From Nageia nagi (Eukaryota > Plantae > Pinophyta), in NCBI GenBank assembly GCA_050084985.1, contig JBITNC010000002.1:21204001-21268000 (forward strand): a DNA stretch of 64,000 nucleotides, in the 5' to 3' direction. Below are positions 13,928-27,800 of this stretch, one piece after another. The notes under the pieces are model-generated. The model worked only from the letters and a program-made list of their open reading frames with translations, was not told the DNA's origin and ran no database searches. The translations under genes were made by a program, and so were the position numbers. Every line of letters begins with the position of its first letter. Position 1 is the stretch's first letter.

Positions 13928-14200
13928 TTGATGAATGTTGAATATTTACTACAAAAAGGGTTTATAATTTATTTTGAAGATAATGCTTATGAATTAATTG
14001 ATAAAATTTAAAATTTGATTGCTCAAGTTTGAATAACATAAAATAAAATATATCCATCATGTTTACAAAATGATTTTCCTATTGCGTATAAGGTTATTCT
14101 ATACAATCATTCATGGTTAGATATGATCATTTAAATAATTTTAGTTGATTACATTTATTGTATACAAAGAATATTATAAATAGGTTAGCCTTGATTGAAA

Positions 14201-16770
14201 TGTTAAGTATGGAGCCTCACATTTAATGAGGTGATTTGATTTGATCTGGTCTAGATCTCAAGTGAAAATTCTTATTCAATAAAAATGGATGGTTTAATTT
14301 GTATGCTAGTAAATTGTAGGTTGATATCCAATGTGTTGAAAATTGTATACCAAAAACCATGATGAATTAATAGGAAGATCAAATATAGAAATATCTAAGA
14401 TCGAATGCACTAAATAAGGATTTAACTGTATCCAAGCCTCATTTGGTTATAAATTGATGGATTAGGGTATCAAAAGTAGGAGCATGGTGTGAGACCCACA
14501 TGAGAGTTAGCTAGTAGAGCAAAGAGCCTTGGTGGTTAGTGTATCAAGTGGAGGTGAAGACACCATGGTAGACGGGTGTTGCATGATGCATGCAAGGTAA
14601 ATCAAGATTTAATGATTGGGTGAGATGATCAATGGTTTTGTTAGAGGAAGGGCAACATAGTATTTGCTTTGATTGTAATACCTCACATGTATTGTATTGA
14701 TATCCTAAAAGGCAGTAATGCTTGAATGTAAAGGAAGTGTTGGAGGCTGTAATTCCAATGTGTGGTAATGCTTATGATGGCATTACAAAAGGATTTCCAT
14801 GGAAGCATTCCTATGATGTATTCCTCCAAAGAGAAGATAAGAGGAATTGCTTGTAATAATAGTAGAGTTATTATGTCATGGGTGAAGGAGAAACCATATT
14901 TGAAAAGCCTACTAAGAGATGGAGATAGGATGTTGTTGCAAGAATGTTGTTTGGTTCTTCCTTCATGTATTTTTGATTATCAAAATAATAGAATTGTACT
15001 ATGTCAATGCTTCTTTGGGGATGTATATCAATGAGATGTTGAGTGAACCTTGTTATATGATGGTGTTATTCTTATATTGCATGTTTGAGTTTATTTTTAT
15101 TATTATTACTCATGTATTCTTTCTTATGATAAGATTGTTAAGGTTTATTAAAAAATAAAAGAACCCAAAAAGTGGTATCAAAGATTAATGTTGGGTGGAT
15201 TCTAGTTTAAGTAGGAGCTGGTAGCTACAACAAAAATGGGTTGTGGGAATTGTAACCAAGATTGAGTTTATATTCAAAATTTAGAAAATATGATAAGTAG
15301 TAAGGGAGCCTGGTCACCTCTCTTGCTCTATCCCTTCCTAGGTTTTGTATACAAAAGCTTGCAAATTGAAAATTAGTTTTTCCAATGTAGTGGTCTTGAT
15401 TGCAAAAGAAGGAGAGGGGTGATTGGTATATGTAACAATTTGTTTGATTTCATATTAAATACTTGATAAATTTATATATGGAGGAAGAAAAATTGATCAC
15501 TTCTCTTTACTCTATCCCTCCTATAGTTTTCTATATAGCTTAGAATTGGAAAATGGTTTTCCAATGTATTATTCTTGATAGTGAAAAATTAGGAGATTGG
15601 TCAAGTAGTGGGAGAAATAAAAGGAAGAATGAGGTAGATTATCTTGTTGCTTATTGATCATAGGAGAAGGTGTAAGGTTGAAACTAATTAGGTGTTGTGG
15701 TTCAAAGCATGGTGAAAGAATAATATGAAGGATTTGAATATACACAATTTGGCTTGAATATGTTCTTTGGTAGATGCACCAATAATTGAGTTATTTTGAG
15801 TTAGGCTCCAAGTGGAAGATTGTTAAGTATAAAACCTAATATTTAATGAGATGGTCTATTTCAATCTAATCTATATTCTAAGTGATTATTCCTATTTAAT
15901 GAAACAAGGTGGTTTAATCTGTATGCCAATAAATTATGGGTTGATATCCAATGTGATGAAAATTGTATGCCATAAACTATGATCAATTAATAAGAAGACT
16001 AGATATAGAAATTTTTGAGATCTAATGCATTAAATGAGGAATTGGCTATATGCAGGCTTCATGTGCTTATTAATTAATGGATTGGGTTATGAACAGTAAG
16101 AGCATGGTGTGAGAGCTATATGAGAGTCAGCTAAGCTAAGAACCATGATGGCTGGTGTAGCCAGGGGAGGTGAAGACACCATGGTGGCTAGGTATTATAT
16201 GATGCATGTAAGGTCAATAAAGGTTTAGTGATTGGGTGAGATGATCAATATTTTTATGAGATGAAGGGTAGCATAGTATTTTCTCTAGTTGTAATCCCTC
16301 ACATGTATATTATTGATATCCTAAGAGATAGTAATGCCTAAGTGTAAAGGGAATTTTGGAGGATGTAATTTTAGTATGTGGTAATGCCTATGATGGCATT
16401 ATGAAAGTATTCTTATGATGTATTCCTCCAAAGAGATGATGATAGGAAGTGCTAGTAATCATGGTGGAGTGATTGTGTTGTGGGTGAAGAAGAAACCCAT
16501 GTTTGAGAAGCCTATTAGGATATGGAGAGAGGGTGTTTCTGCAAGATTGTTATTTGATTCTTCCTTCATGTATTTGTAATTGCTGGAATAATAGAATTAT
16601 TGTATTGGTGCTTCTTAGGGGATGTAGCTCAATGAGTTATTTAGTGAACATTATTATATGATGGTGTTCTTCTTTTCTTGAAAATTTGAGTTTACTTCTA
16701 TTGTTATTGCTCATGTAATATTTCTCATGATAATAATGTTAAGGTTTATTAAAAATAAAAGAACCCAACA
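14201..16770 (+). mobile_element. Non-autonomous LTR element with ~960-bp LTRs and a 650-bp non-coding interior
   Basis: LTR1 14201-15170 and LTR2 15821-16770 (TGTTAAG...CCCAACA). PBS tggtatcaaag at 15173, purine-rich tract before 15821, TSD tgaaa/tgaag. Confidence 0.88.
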
Positions 16771-19365
16771 TGAAGAAACAATATAAAATTTGTAAAACAT
16801 GTATTCATGATAAGAAACAAAGGGAATCATTTCTTATAGGATAATCATGCATAGAAAGAGGTGAATTAGAAATTGTATATTTAGATTTATGTAGTCCTAT
16901 ACAAGTTTCTTCACTTGAGGGAATTTATATTTTCTTATTTTTATTAATCTTTACAATAAAAAAAACTAGGTAAATTTTTCCAAAATAAATATAATGAATT
17001 TGAATTTTTTTATCAGTTCAAAGCTTTAGTTGAGAAATAAAGTGGAAATTGTATAAAAGTTTTGAGAACTTATGGAAGTGGTGAATTTTTGTCTAATGAG
17101 ATTTTAGATTTTTTGTAAAATAAATGATTTTAAAAAATTACGTCAACATATACATAACAAAATGAATTGTTGAAAGAAATATCAAAATCATTATGAAGTT
17201 CAAAATTTACCACATGAATTATCCTATAATATTTCTTGTTTTTATGTTTTTTGGTCATTGCATATGCACATGTTCCTAATTAAAATATACTATTTCTTAT
17301 TTTGATATTTTTTGTGCATTGCATATGCACATGTTCCTAATGAAAATAAGTAAACATTAGAGGATAAAGGAGAAAAGTATAATTTTGTAGGACATAGTAA
17401 GAATTCCAAAGTTTACAAAATATTTAATCCCATTACAAAAAATATTGTAATCAATCAAGATGTAGAATTTCTTGAAAAGAAATAATTTATGTGATAACAA
17501 CATAATAGAACAACAATAATATGAGGTAATTTTATGAATACATTCAAAATTCACAAGGAGTATCTTTAATTATGACACCATAAATCAATTTTGATCCACA
17601 AGGAGTATATTCCTCTTTAATAAGTTCTATTGATATCTCATATTCAAATGAAACATCAAGGAAAACTCAAATCCTAAAAAAAAAAATATGATATAACTAA
17701 ACAAGCATTTTTAATTATTGTTGTGATGAGTTAAATTTAGATTTTGTATTATATTCCACTTCTAATTGTGTAAAGTGGGTTGTAATGAGATTATTAAGAA
17801 TGAAAATGAGAAAAATTCATTAATAAATTAATTAAATAAATTGAAAGAAAGAACACATGGGAATTGCTAAATCTTTTGAATAAGTAGTAAAAAGGTAGTT
17901 TCAATAACTTAGGATATATTATTGTAAAACCATTGCACAAACATAAATATTAGATGTTGCTTTTTTTTATTTTGGCAATGATAACCCATCATATGTAGAA
18001 GGTGTTTCATGTAGATGTGAAATTAGCTTTCCTAAATACAATTCTAGAAGAAGTCTATATACATTTAAACTACTATCATGATTTTAATTATATTTTACAA
18101 CATCTTGAATTCTTTATGAAATTATCATTTTTTATTTTGATATTTAATAGGGAGGTTATTAAGATAAATAAATATAAAAGATCCCTTATATACTATTATG
18201 ATACGAAAAGAGGATCAGAAATCATTTTAGATATCTCTACAACACATCAAAACTATTGGTTAGATAAGATTTACAAGTAACATACAATTATAAGTTTATT
18301 TTGAGATGAAAATGTTAACTTTAATGTCTCTACAACTCATCAAACCTCTAGATTAGATAACTGCTAACAATAAAATATAAATTTATAAACAATCAATTCA
18401 AATTTTAACCATATGCATAAAAATGTGCAAACTTAAAGAACAACTAGACCAAAAGATTGTATCTAATTATGAAAGGATTATCTGTAGATTTAAATATTTG
18501 ATATAGACTAATTACTATAAGCAAATATTATGAATTCCTATTTTTCATTTCATTTAATTATTAGTTTAAACAATTACGAAATTCTACAAGAAAAATACTT
18601 TTATCATAACATTATTATTTAAACCATTAATAATATTTGATGTACCATAGCATAAGATTACAATTACTAGTAATTAAATACTTATACATTTTATTTATTC
18701 TGAATAGTTTTCCATGTAACATTATAAACCTTTATTTAGAAAGTGGCAATGACAAATGATTAAAACACTATACATGAGAAAAGGTCACGATAATAATCCT
18801 CTTCGATACCATACCTTACATGAGCATACAGTAATAAAAATTAATATTTATAATAAATATGTTCTCTATTTTTCACTATTGTTATTTCATGTGGCATAAG
18901 AGTATGATCCATGGTATATTTCATATCCCTATTATACTTTTTATTTTAATATCTCATGATTAATGTTTCACATATATGCATGATTGCAAGCTATGTATGG
19001 ATAATTCAATATTTTCTAAAGTTTTCTATATAATAATTATTTATTTTTTATCTTATGATTTCGCTAACAGTAATAATTATCAAATATGTTATAACTTTTA
19101 TATGTTTTAGTTTTTTTCACATTGTTATTAGTTCAAAGCACATAAACTTTAAAAAAGTTAAAAGAAATTTTACTAAGAATCACACGTACACTCTCTCCTT
19201 ATTTTACTTATATCAAACTTATAATCTGCTTTAATTTTTTCAATTTTAAGATTGTTGATTTCAAAATAAAAATATAAATATTTGTATATTTTATGATTGA
19301 TTGTTGATTTCAAATTATCATTATATTTATTATAAATATAATCTTAATCATAAGACATTAATTAT

Positions 19366-20352
19366 GTGTTTGCACTTATAGGAATTGTAATCTAATAAAA
19401 TATTTTTTATATTCTTCATAAGAAAGAATATTGCATTCAATCAAATAAAAGTTAAAATAAATAATAAGATAAATGTTGAACTACACTTTTTTAGATATAT
19501 CATTAGAAAATAAAATAACAACCACATAAGAAATATTAAAATTCAAATGGAAAATGTTATATTCAATCAAATAAAAAATATTATATACAAAAAATTTCAT
19601 ATTCTAATGTAATAGCTAAAATTCATATTATTATAATAAACTTTCATTACATAAATATTTAACTATGCATTTGTTTACTATAAATTTTATATATGATTTA
19701 AAAATATATACTTACATGTAATCTCTAAAAACTAATGAATATAAATTATTCAAGATACTATAAATTATTTTTATGTATAATCTTAATAATGTACATGATA
19801 ATAAAATAAATAATAATAATTTAAAAAAAAACTAAAATAATAATAATAGTAATGTAAGCATAATAATCCAAAATTAATTATGAAAAATTATCTTGATTTG
19901 TAGAGACATTTTGAAAAAATAAAAATAAAAAAGTATATATTTATGCACATATCAATAATTTTTTACTTTCAAAAGTATTAAAGAATAATGATTTTTGTTA
20001 GGTTATAAATTAATAGTTATAATAGTAAAATAGTAAAAATATTTTATTAGACATAATAATTCTAAATTGATCAAATGATTGTGAAAATAAATATTTATTG
20101 TAAATATAATCTTCTTGTAATCATAATATGTTTGCACATATAGAAATTGTAATCTAATAAAATATTTTTTATATTACTCACAAGAAAGAATATTGTATTC
20201 AATCAAATAAAAGTTATATTAAATAATAAGATAAATGATAAACTACACTTTTTTAGATATATCATTAGAAAACAAAATAACATCCACATAAGAATTATTA
20301 AAATTCAAATGGAAAATGTTATATTCAATCATAGAAAAAATATTATATACAA
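19366..20352 (+). repeat. ~230-bp AT-rich direct duplication (copies at ~19366-19592 and ~20127-20352)
   Basis: Colinear match tgtttgcac..attgtaatctaataaaatatttttt..aactacacttttt..attcaaatggaaaatgttatattcaatca..tattatatacaa. Confidence 0.8.
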
Positions 20353-20925
20353 TAATTCCAAATGAAATTAAATTAATAATATAATACTGAAAGTATTCAA
20401 TAAAAATAAGTTATATCTATTTCAAAGTATGATATACAACTATCTTTTTTAAAAGATCATATTGTAATTAATAACACATGTTATTATGGTAAATTTATTT
20501 TAATATTATTTAATTCATTAAATATTTATTATAAAAATTTATATTAGATAAGACGTATGAACTTCCAAACTCAAAGGAAAAAACTACGACATAATTAATA
20601 ATATCTATTAATAAGTCTTATATCTTGTATCAAAAATCATGGTTATTAATGTTCTTAACATAGCTCTTTTTTACATTTCGATTGTCTAGTTTATTCTCCA
20701 AAAATATTATGGACAGCAGTTGTCCCTAACCCCACTATGCTTATTGGAAAACACCACGTTCCACATAAAGACATGCCTTTTGGTAAATAGTTACCATTTA
20801 TTGGAATTGGATTAAAACACACCTGATCTCCTCGTTAAAGTTTGGCATTGGAAGTTAGTGGTCACTTCTTTTTGTTCAACTGTAACGCAGATATAATTCT
20901 TTTAACTGAAGCTAAACAAAACCAA

Positions 20926-21600
20926 ATGGATCATCGCCCTCCACTTCGTGAAGTACTAACGGATACGATACAGCAGATCTCCTCACATCGTGAATTTCAT
21001 ATTGAAGAAATTGCCCGACTCCAACGTGCCATTGATGAGTTGCAGAGCAGCATTGATAGCTAAACAGACCAAGGCAAACACGACATATGCGATACACACG
21101 TTATCCATCTTGCCTGACCGCCATATTCAATTACTTGCCGAATTGACAGTTTCGACATTCGAATGGCACAGTTAATCGCAATATTGGCTCAGTATGATTA
21201 CTTTCAAATAGACCTAACCCATTCGGCCAGAAATTCGCTGTTTACAAGAGGATATTTTAGACGTGCTTGATGCGGAAAATATTCTTCCAAAATGTCATGG
21301 ATTGATTGAACTGCTGGACAGCTTCTTGGACTATACACAAGAAATAATGAGCTTCATAACTGAATAACAGCGCCATACAGCAAAGAGAGAACGTTGATGA
21401 TGTTCAAGCTAATTATTTCTGCACAGGCGGTGAAGAGGTCTGGATTGGGAATTTGCTATGAGAGGTTTAGAAAAAGAGAGGTGGCGAAGCAGTTGACATG
21501 CGATCCTCGCCACATATTCCACTCGCAGTGCCTTCTCCCATGGTTTCGACAGCACAACACTTGCCATTTTGTCGATGAGCCATGTAGACGGATTTAATGG
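20926..21600 (+). pseudogene. RING-H2 E3 ligase-like pseudogene with a helical/coiled-coil N-terminus
   Basis: GICYERFRKREVAKQLTCDPRHIFHSQCLLPWFRQHNTC, then tgccattttgtcga, where restoring one C gives CPFCR. The upstream part (MDHRPPLREV...EIARLQRAIDELQ) is broken by stops and frameshifts. GC/CpG content is gene-like and no introns are evident. Confidence 0.75.
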
Positions 21601-22449
21601 GTCTTTCAAGATCACCTTACTATTCAAAAGTTCCATCGTTTGCTTAGATATTCACCTTATACAAACTTCTATTAAAATTTAAGATTAGAGTCCCAAAGGT
21701 TTAGAGTTAATTAGAGTAATTTTTTTCCACTTAGATTTTCAAGTTATTTTATATGATTTAGAGTTGATATTAAATATAATTTTAAAATTAATGTCAATAT
21801 CTCATGAATTTATTTTGAGGTACGAAGAATATTTATTATCACAAGGTTCAACATTGTTAACTCTATCACAATGGTTATTTAATTTTATTTCTATGATTTA
21901 TTAGTTTTATTTATTAAATTAATGAATAATATAAATATTTATTATTTTATTTAGGAGATTTATTCATTGAAAGTAATTTATGTAAATGCATATCATTATT
22001 TTTAATCAATAAGTTAGATTCTAAGTTTTGAAGTAGTGTTTTGACACTTGAATAAAAACATACATATATCTATTTTAAATGTCTTAAAATAATTGTTAAT
22101 ATATGTTTTTTGTTTTGATATCATATATAATGTATTACCTTATTTGATCAAAATGATTATTATCTCATGTTATTTTATTCTTTTGTGGTGTAAGGATTAA
22201 GAGAGCATTAAGTGAGTTACCCTTAGGTTAAGTGGAGATATTCCTGTTTAAAGAGAAAGAGACCATATGAGATATGGATCTTGATTTTGATAGCTGACAT
22301 GCATTCTATTGATTGGTATTTCTTAGCATTACCTATTAAGACTTAAGATTTTAATTTTTCATATGAACTTTTTCATTTCCATATTTTGTTATGTATACTA
22401 GTATATGATTAATTTCAAAGTTATCATCAATTGATTGACTCATGAAAGT

Positions 22450-24500
22450 CTCTTTTCAAAAAATAATTGCATGGGTGTTAGGATGTAGCCTTTATGTCGA
22501 TGTAAGGTTCATTAAGTTGAGATCTTGCAAAGGATTTATTGATGATATACGTGACCAATTCTTGGTGTAAAATATGCTTCATAGGTAAAATGACAAGCTT
22601 GGTATTCTCATATCTTATCTTGTTATCTTATATGTGATCTCTAATAACTAAAATGTATATTTTATTTTATTTAAGTTTTTATTACTTTAATTACTACATG
22701 TTTAATACAATATGTATTATTTAAGATTTATCCATGTAACTTTTAGTATCAATATATTAGTGACACTGTGACTAGATTCCATATACCCTTCATTTTCAAA
22801 GTATTTTTTCTAAGAAAAAAACTCTAAATTTTTTTTAAGGGAGTTAAAATTTGCATCAAGTGTAATAGAGATGGATATTCTTGAATTTCTTATTAATAAA
22901 TATTGAAATACATATAATAAACACTAGTATAGTTTCACATTGATGCTAGAAGAAAAAGTATAAGCCTCTCAAATGGAGTTAAGTGAATGAAGTTTAGCTG
23001 AATATAGTATGTTTGAGAATTTACAGTAATAAATATGAAGTGTTATTTATATCATGCTAAAGTTAGGATGGCCCCAAATAAGAAGGTAATCCTCTAACTG
23101 ATGAGATCAAAAATATAATTTTACCTATAGCTTCTATTAGCTTTTGAATTAGATAATTTCAATGAATATGGGGATTCTCATTTCCACATCCATGATTTTG
23201 AATATATACCTTATAGCTATGGAGTAGTATCAATGAAAATCTAAAAGTAGTGTATTTTTTCTTAACTTAGTGGATAAGGTACAAAAATAGTTCCATACCC
23301 TAGAACCTTAAACAATTACCTCATATATTCAATTTAAAAAAGCATTTTGAAATCATTTTAGGTATAATTTCCAAAGACCTCTAGGTTTCAAAATTCTCAT
23401 TCCTTGCAAGAAACCTACTAATGAAAGAATGCAAAATTTTATTCCAAAATCTTAAAAAAATAAATCATGAAAAGCATGTTTCAAAGGAAATTCTTCAAAA
23501 TATTCTTCTTAGTTTAAATTCTTTCAGCATTCATTATAAATATGAGGCTTTTATGGGTGTTATAAGCTTATTAGAAAAATGAAATCCCTAGTTGAAGCTT
23601 TATAATTCAAATATGTTAATTCTACCAAATAAAATAGCAAAAAGTCACATCTTGGGAAGGAATACCAAAGTGAATGTTGATTATTAAAGTTCAAAATATG
23701 TTTAAATAGAATAGAAGATGGATGATATGCATATTTAACTCTTTATCAATCCAAAAAAGTATGTTTAAAGATTATCTTGAAAGAGAATTGACTTATTATA
23801 TGTTTAAGGAACGAAATATAAACATGACGAAGGGAAATATCTTGATATAGGCATAATGTATATTATAAATATCATGAAGTCAAATGCCATTATACCAATA
23901 AAAATTTATATATTGAAAATAAATTGAATGAGTTAGTGTAATGCTAGAAAGTTGGGTATGTTGATAATGAATTCTCAAATGATGATCTAAATACATTAGT
24001 AAATATGATCATCCATGAAGAAATTGATTACACTATTTCCACAAGAGGTAGAAAATAGTGTATAACAAAAACTATAAATGCTTAAAAACATGATGTACCT
24101 TCTTCCAATTAACCTTATTTTTCTAATGATACTATAGATCAATTGAAATATACAAACATAAAAAGACATGTTGTATGATTTCATAATAGTTTCTAAATAA
24201 TATAGAATAGCTCTATTTGATACCTTGAAATCTCAACAAGTTGATTTTAACCTAGAAACATGTTTATTTAAAGAAATGGTTAATTTTTTTAAGAAGATAA
24301 ATCTGATTATCAAAATCTGCCAAATTAAAATATGATAGTCAAAGTATTTCATTAGAAATTTATATTAATATGATGGAGTACTTATTAAGATAACTCTAAT
24401 AGAAACAAGATAAATAATTAATAGTTTTTCTATATATTTTTGAAAAATTTTAAAATAATAGGTTTTAAAGGGATTAAAATGATAATAGTAAAGTTACAAG
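22450..24500 (+). mobile_element. Highly decayed CACTA/En-Spm (TnpD-like) transposase remnant
   Basis: Degenerate motifs in the expected order: PLY..C.F.KL (~22490), KICIKCNRDGY (~22850), LLAFELDNFNEYGD resembling LGLATDGFNPFG (~23140), S..MILNIY (~23190), LLWV (~23550). Ends not found. Confidence 0.4.
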
Positions 24501-24573
24501 TTGTGATAATGTTGAGTATGTATGTATAATAATCATTTCCATTTAATTGAAACCTATGATTATACATTCTAAG

Positions 24574-24576
24574 AAT

Positions 24577-24611
<35 letters not shown>
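24574..24611. repeat. (TA)n microsatellite
   Basis: Interrupted TA run. Confidence 0.85.
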
Positions 24612-24899
24612 TTCCTCATAATCAAACTAGAAGATTATAGATAGAAGGAAATCATCAAGAATAGGATGGATAATTACCATTTTCTTGAAATATTTAAGAA
24701 TAAGAAATATTTAAGCTCTTAATGCCAACACTCAAAATGTTTGTAAAACTAGTACATGGAAATTAGTTCATAATCTATCTTATCTTCCTTAATAAATTAC
24801 TCTTCTTATTCACATTTATATATTTTAGAGAGATGATGTAATTCTGGATATGATTAGAGCTTATTTTTATTTTTCATATTTGATTCATAAAAGGTAAGA

Positions 24900-27800
24900 T
24901 GAAGTCTATCTTCATCCTTATGCTTGCCTTGGATTAAAAGTGAATAAGGATAAATGGATGACAAGTTCCTCATTCTTATAATAGTTCATTTAGTATTCTC
25001 ATTGTTATAAATATAGGTAGGATAATGTTTATTAGTAGGAGGAAATAATTTTTATATTTATTCTATAAGGTTAAAGTGATTGAATCTCTTGATATGGTTA
25101 AGGGCATGACCAACTTATCCTTATCTAAGTGTTGAATTGACCAAACACAGTGAAAAGATAGTAAATATTAACATTACTTCAAAATAAAAGAAAACTTTTA
25201 TCCAATGTGGAGCTTCATGAAATAAATAAGAGAAAAATAAATCTAAATTTTCCTTATCATAATTTGATGATGTATTTTCTTGGTTTTATGACAATGTGCA
25301 TGGTCTTGATCTTGATTTTGTAATGTATAACATGGCAAAATATCATGATGTTCAAACTATTCATTAAGAATTGAGAAAGATACACTCTAATATTAAGATA
25401 TTAGTCAAAAAATTACTTTACAATATCTTGATGTAGGGTGTATCAAAACTAATAATTATTTTCCTTGATTCAAAAATCTTATCCCAAAGCTTAATATAGA
25501 GGATACATATTGTACAAGAATTAGAGACATCAAAGTATCATATCTTATATACAAATTCCCTCATCAGGGTAGATATAATTATTTTTTTAATAGTTATGCA
25601 TGATATTCTTTCTTTCATATATCACTTTTCAAGATATTTAATCAAATCATAATCAATCCTAAATATGCACATAAAAAAATCTTTATAACTTCTTGGGGAA
25701 TGTTATGTGTGGTAACCTCTATAAAAAGAACTAGAATTTATTTTTAGATTAATATTTTCAAGAGAAAATAATACATCTCCAAATTAGATTATTCCAATAT
25801 TTTCATTAACTAATAATTGACATCCTTCCTTATGCTATAGAAGGATTATACCTATGGTTGGAAATCTAAGTCCAACCATTAATCACAAATGATACACCAA
25901 AAGTTCCTAAAAATTAGATTAAGTATTTAGAAAATCATTTATTAAGGTTTTATATTATTCCTTAATAGATTAACCAAGGTGGGTAAATATATACATACAT
26001 AGTTAAATATATTATTAGTTTCTTTCTTAAACTTGGTATCATTCTATGGCTTATAGGAAACAAGACTATCTCTTTAATCTTATTAATATGAACTCATTAG
26101 TGATTTGTAATACAATATAAAATAATGCATAACATTTATATTGTTAGATCTCTCATATTAAACTAAAGATTAATCTACCTTACTACTAATAGTCTTCAAT
26201 AAGAAATCAAACATCAAGGATTCTTATGATTCTTTTTTTAAATATTATGCACCAGTAGAAGTTTATTAATATTTAATGTTATCACATAAGATGAAAGTAT
26301 GCCCTAATCCAATAGAATTATTATATAGTATTATTTATAATGATTTAATAATGCTTTAGTTTTACTTATTCTTCTTTCTATATTATCTTGCAAATGGTAA
26401 GTAGACATCAATAAACATATTGCTAATAAATATTTCTCACAAAAGATAAGTGTACATAAAATACCCTTATTACATTATATATATTATCATATAAAAGGTA
26501 AGCATACATCATCTCAATATTTTATTAATAGATATCTAATATACAACTTAAGTATACATCAATTAATCATTACCATATAATTTAACTAAATTATGTGTAT
26601 AATCAATTCATTATATTCAAATTATGAAATTGCATATCATAAAATATTATAGTCCTCCTAGGTTTTCATATATAAGATAAGTATGAAGTAATTCAATATT
26701 AAATTCATCATAAATTTTAAGCAAGAGTTAACTCAATCTTAATGATCATTATATTGCATCACATAAAAGGAAAGCATGCATCAAATTAATGTGAAACTAA
26801 TCATAAAAATTTAAGCATGTGTCAAATCAACTTAATGTTCATTATAATGTATTATATAAAAGCTAAGTGCACATCAATTCCATATGATTTTAATCATAAA
26901 AGATAAACATGTATTTTATAATAAATTTTATTTAGGAATGCTCCATGAGTGTATATGTTAATCATATTTCCTTACTCACCTTAAATTCTAATATTAAATA
27001 GAAATGAGTTTCATTCAAAAAATTGAAAATTAATCCATATTAATGTTTTTTATGCTTATATACAATTTTATTGAACTTATTTCGACTATGCACAAGTAAA
27101 TAATATAACATATTGTTATCATAATCATTTAGTACTTGACATGGATTCTTTTATCGGTATTCATTTTTTTTCCTTATACAAGACTCATTTTATGTACAAC
27201 CATTTAAATTGCAAGATTTTATCTCAATAAATGGTAGCTAATTATCTAAATACTTCTAAATATTTTCTACTATAGTTGGTTTTCTTGTTCACCATACATT
27301 CCAAAATTCAAGTAACACACATTATGAAAATATTAAGGAGGTTACTTATAACATAAGACACTATAAATTTCATTTTAACATAGAATTACATGCCAAGTAG
27401 TATATAACTCTTAGACACTTGTATGTAAAATGGAAATATCTATCCATCTAAATTACCAAATAAGATTTATCTTATGTTTGTCGATTAACTCTAAATATAT
27501 AAAATTAGGGTTACTTAATTTATATAACTTTAAGAAATACTAATTTACTTTAACCATATATAAGAAGATAAATACTCTAATTTTAAAATACCCCCCATAT
27601 AGTTGATCAAGCTATAAAAAGTAATAAATCTTAACACTACCATAATGATGCTACAATACTCCATACACTATTGAGAATGATGTTGGTATTACATTTGTAC
27701 CTTATTATTACTAAGTGAGCTTCATCTTAGGATTTTAATATAGTTTATTATGGTAATATATGGATCCTTTTACAATACATGTTAGATTAAATATTTCATG

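Larger units (their letters stand above)
2649..18060 (+). mobile_element. Old, heavily decayed Ty1/Copia LTR retrotransposon interrupted by three insertions; 3' end missing
   Basis: Putative 5' LTR runs from TG at 2649 (cctatataag TATA) to ..TATCA at 10366, split by an insertion. A degenerate tRNA-Met PBS (tggtattaaagc) is at 10370. Remnants follow in Copia order: gag and knuckle (~10.4-11.2 kb), protease VWLM..G / HNLMN|LLQKG (11.37-11.59 and 13.93 kb), integrase ICKTC / IVYLDLCSP (16.8 kb), RT HVDVKLAFLN..LEEVY (18.0 kb). Confidence 0.7.

Noticed and set aside
23080-23270. MULE transposase reading (LPIA..YGVV)
   Set aside because: The flanking motifs fit CACTA TnpD order better. Both readings are weak.
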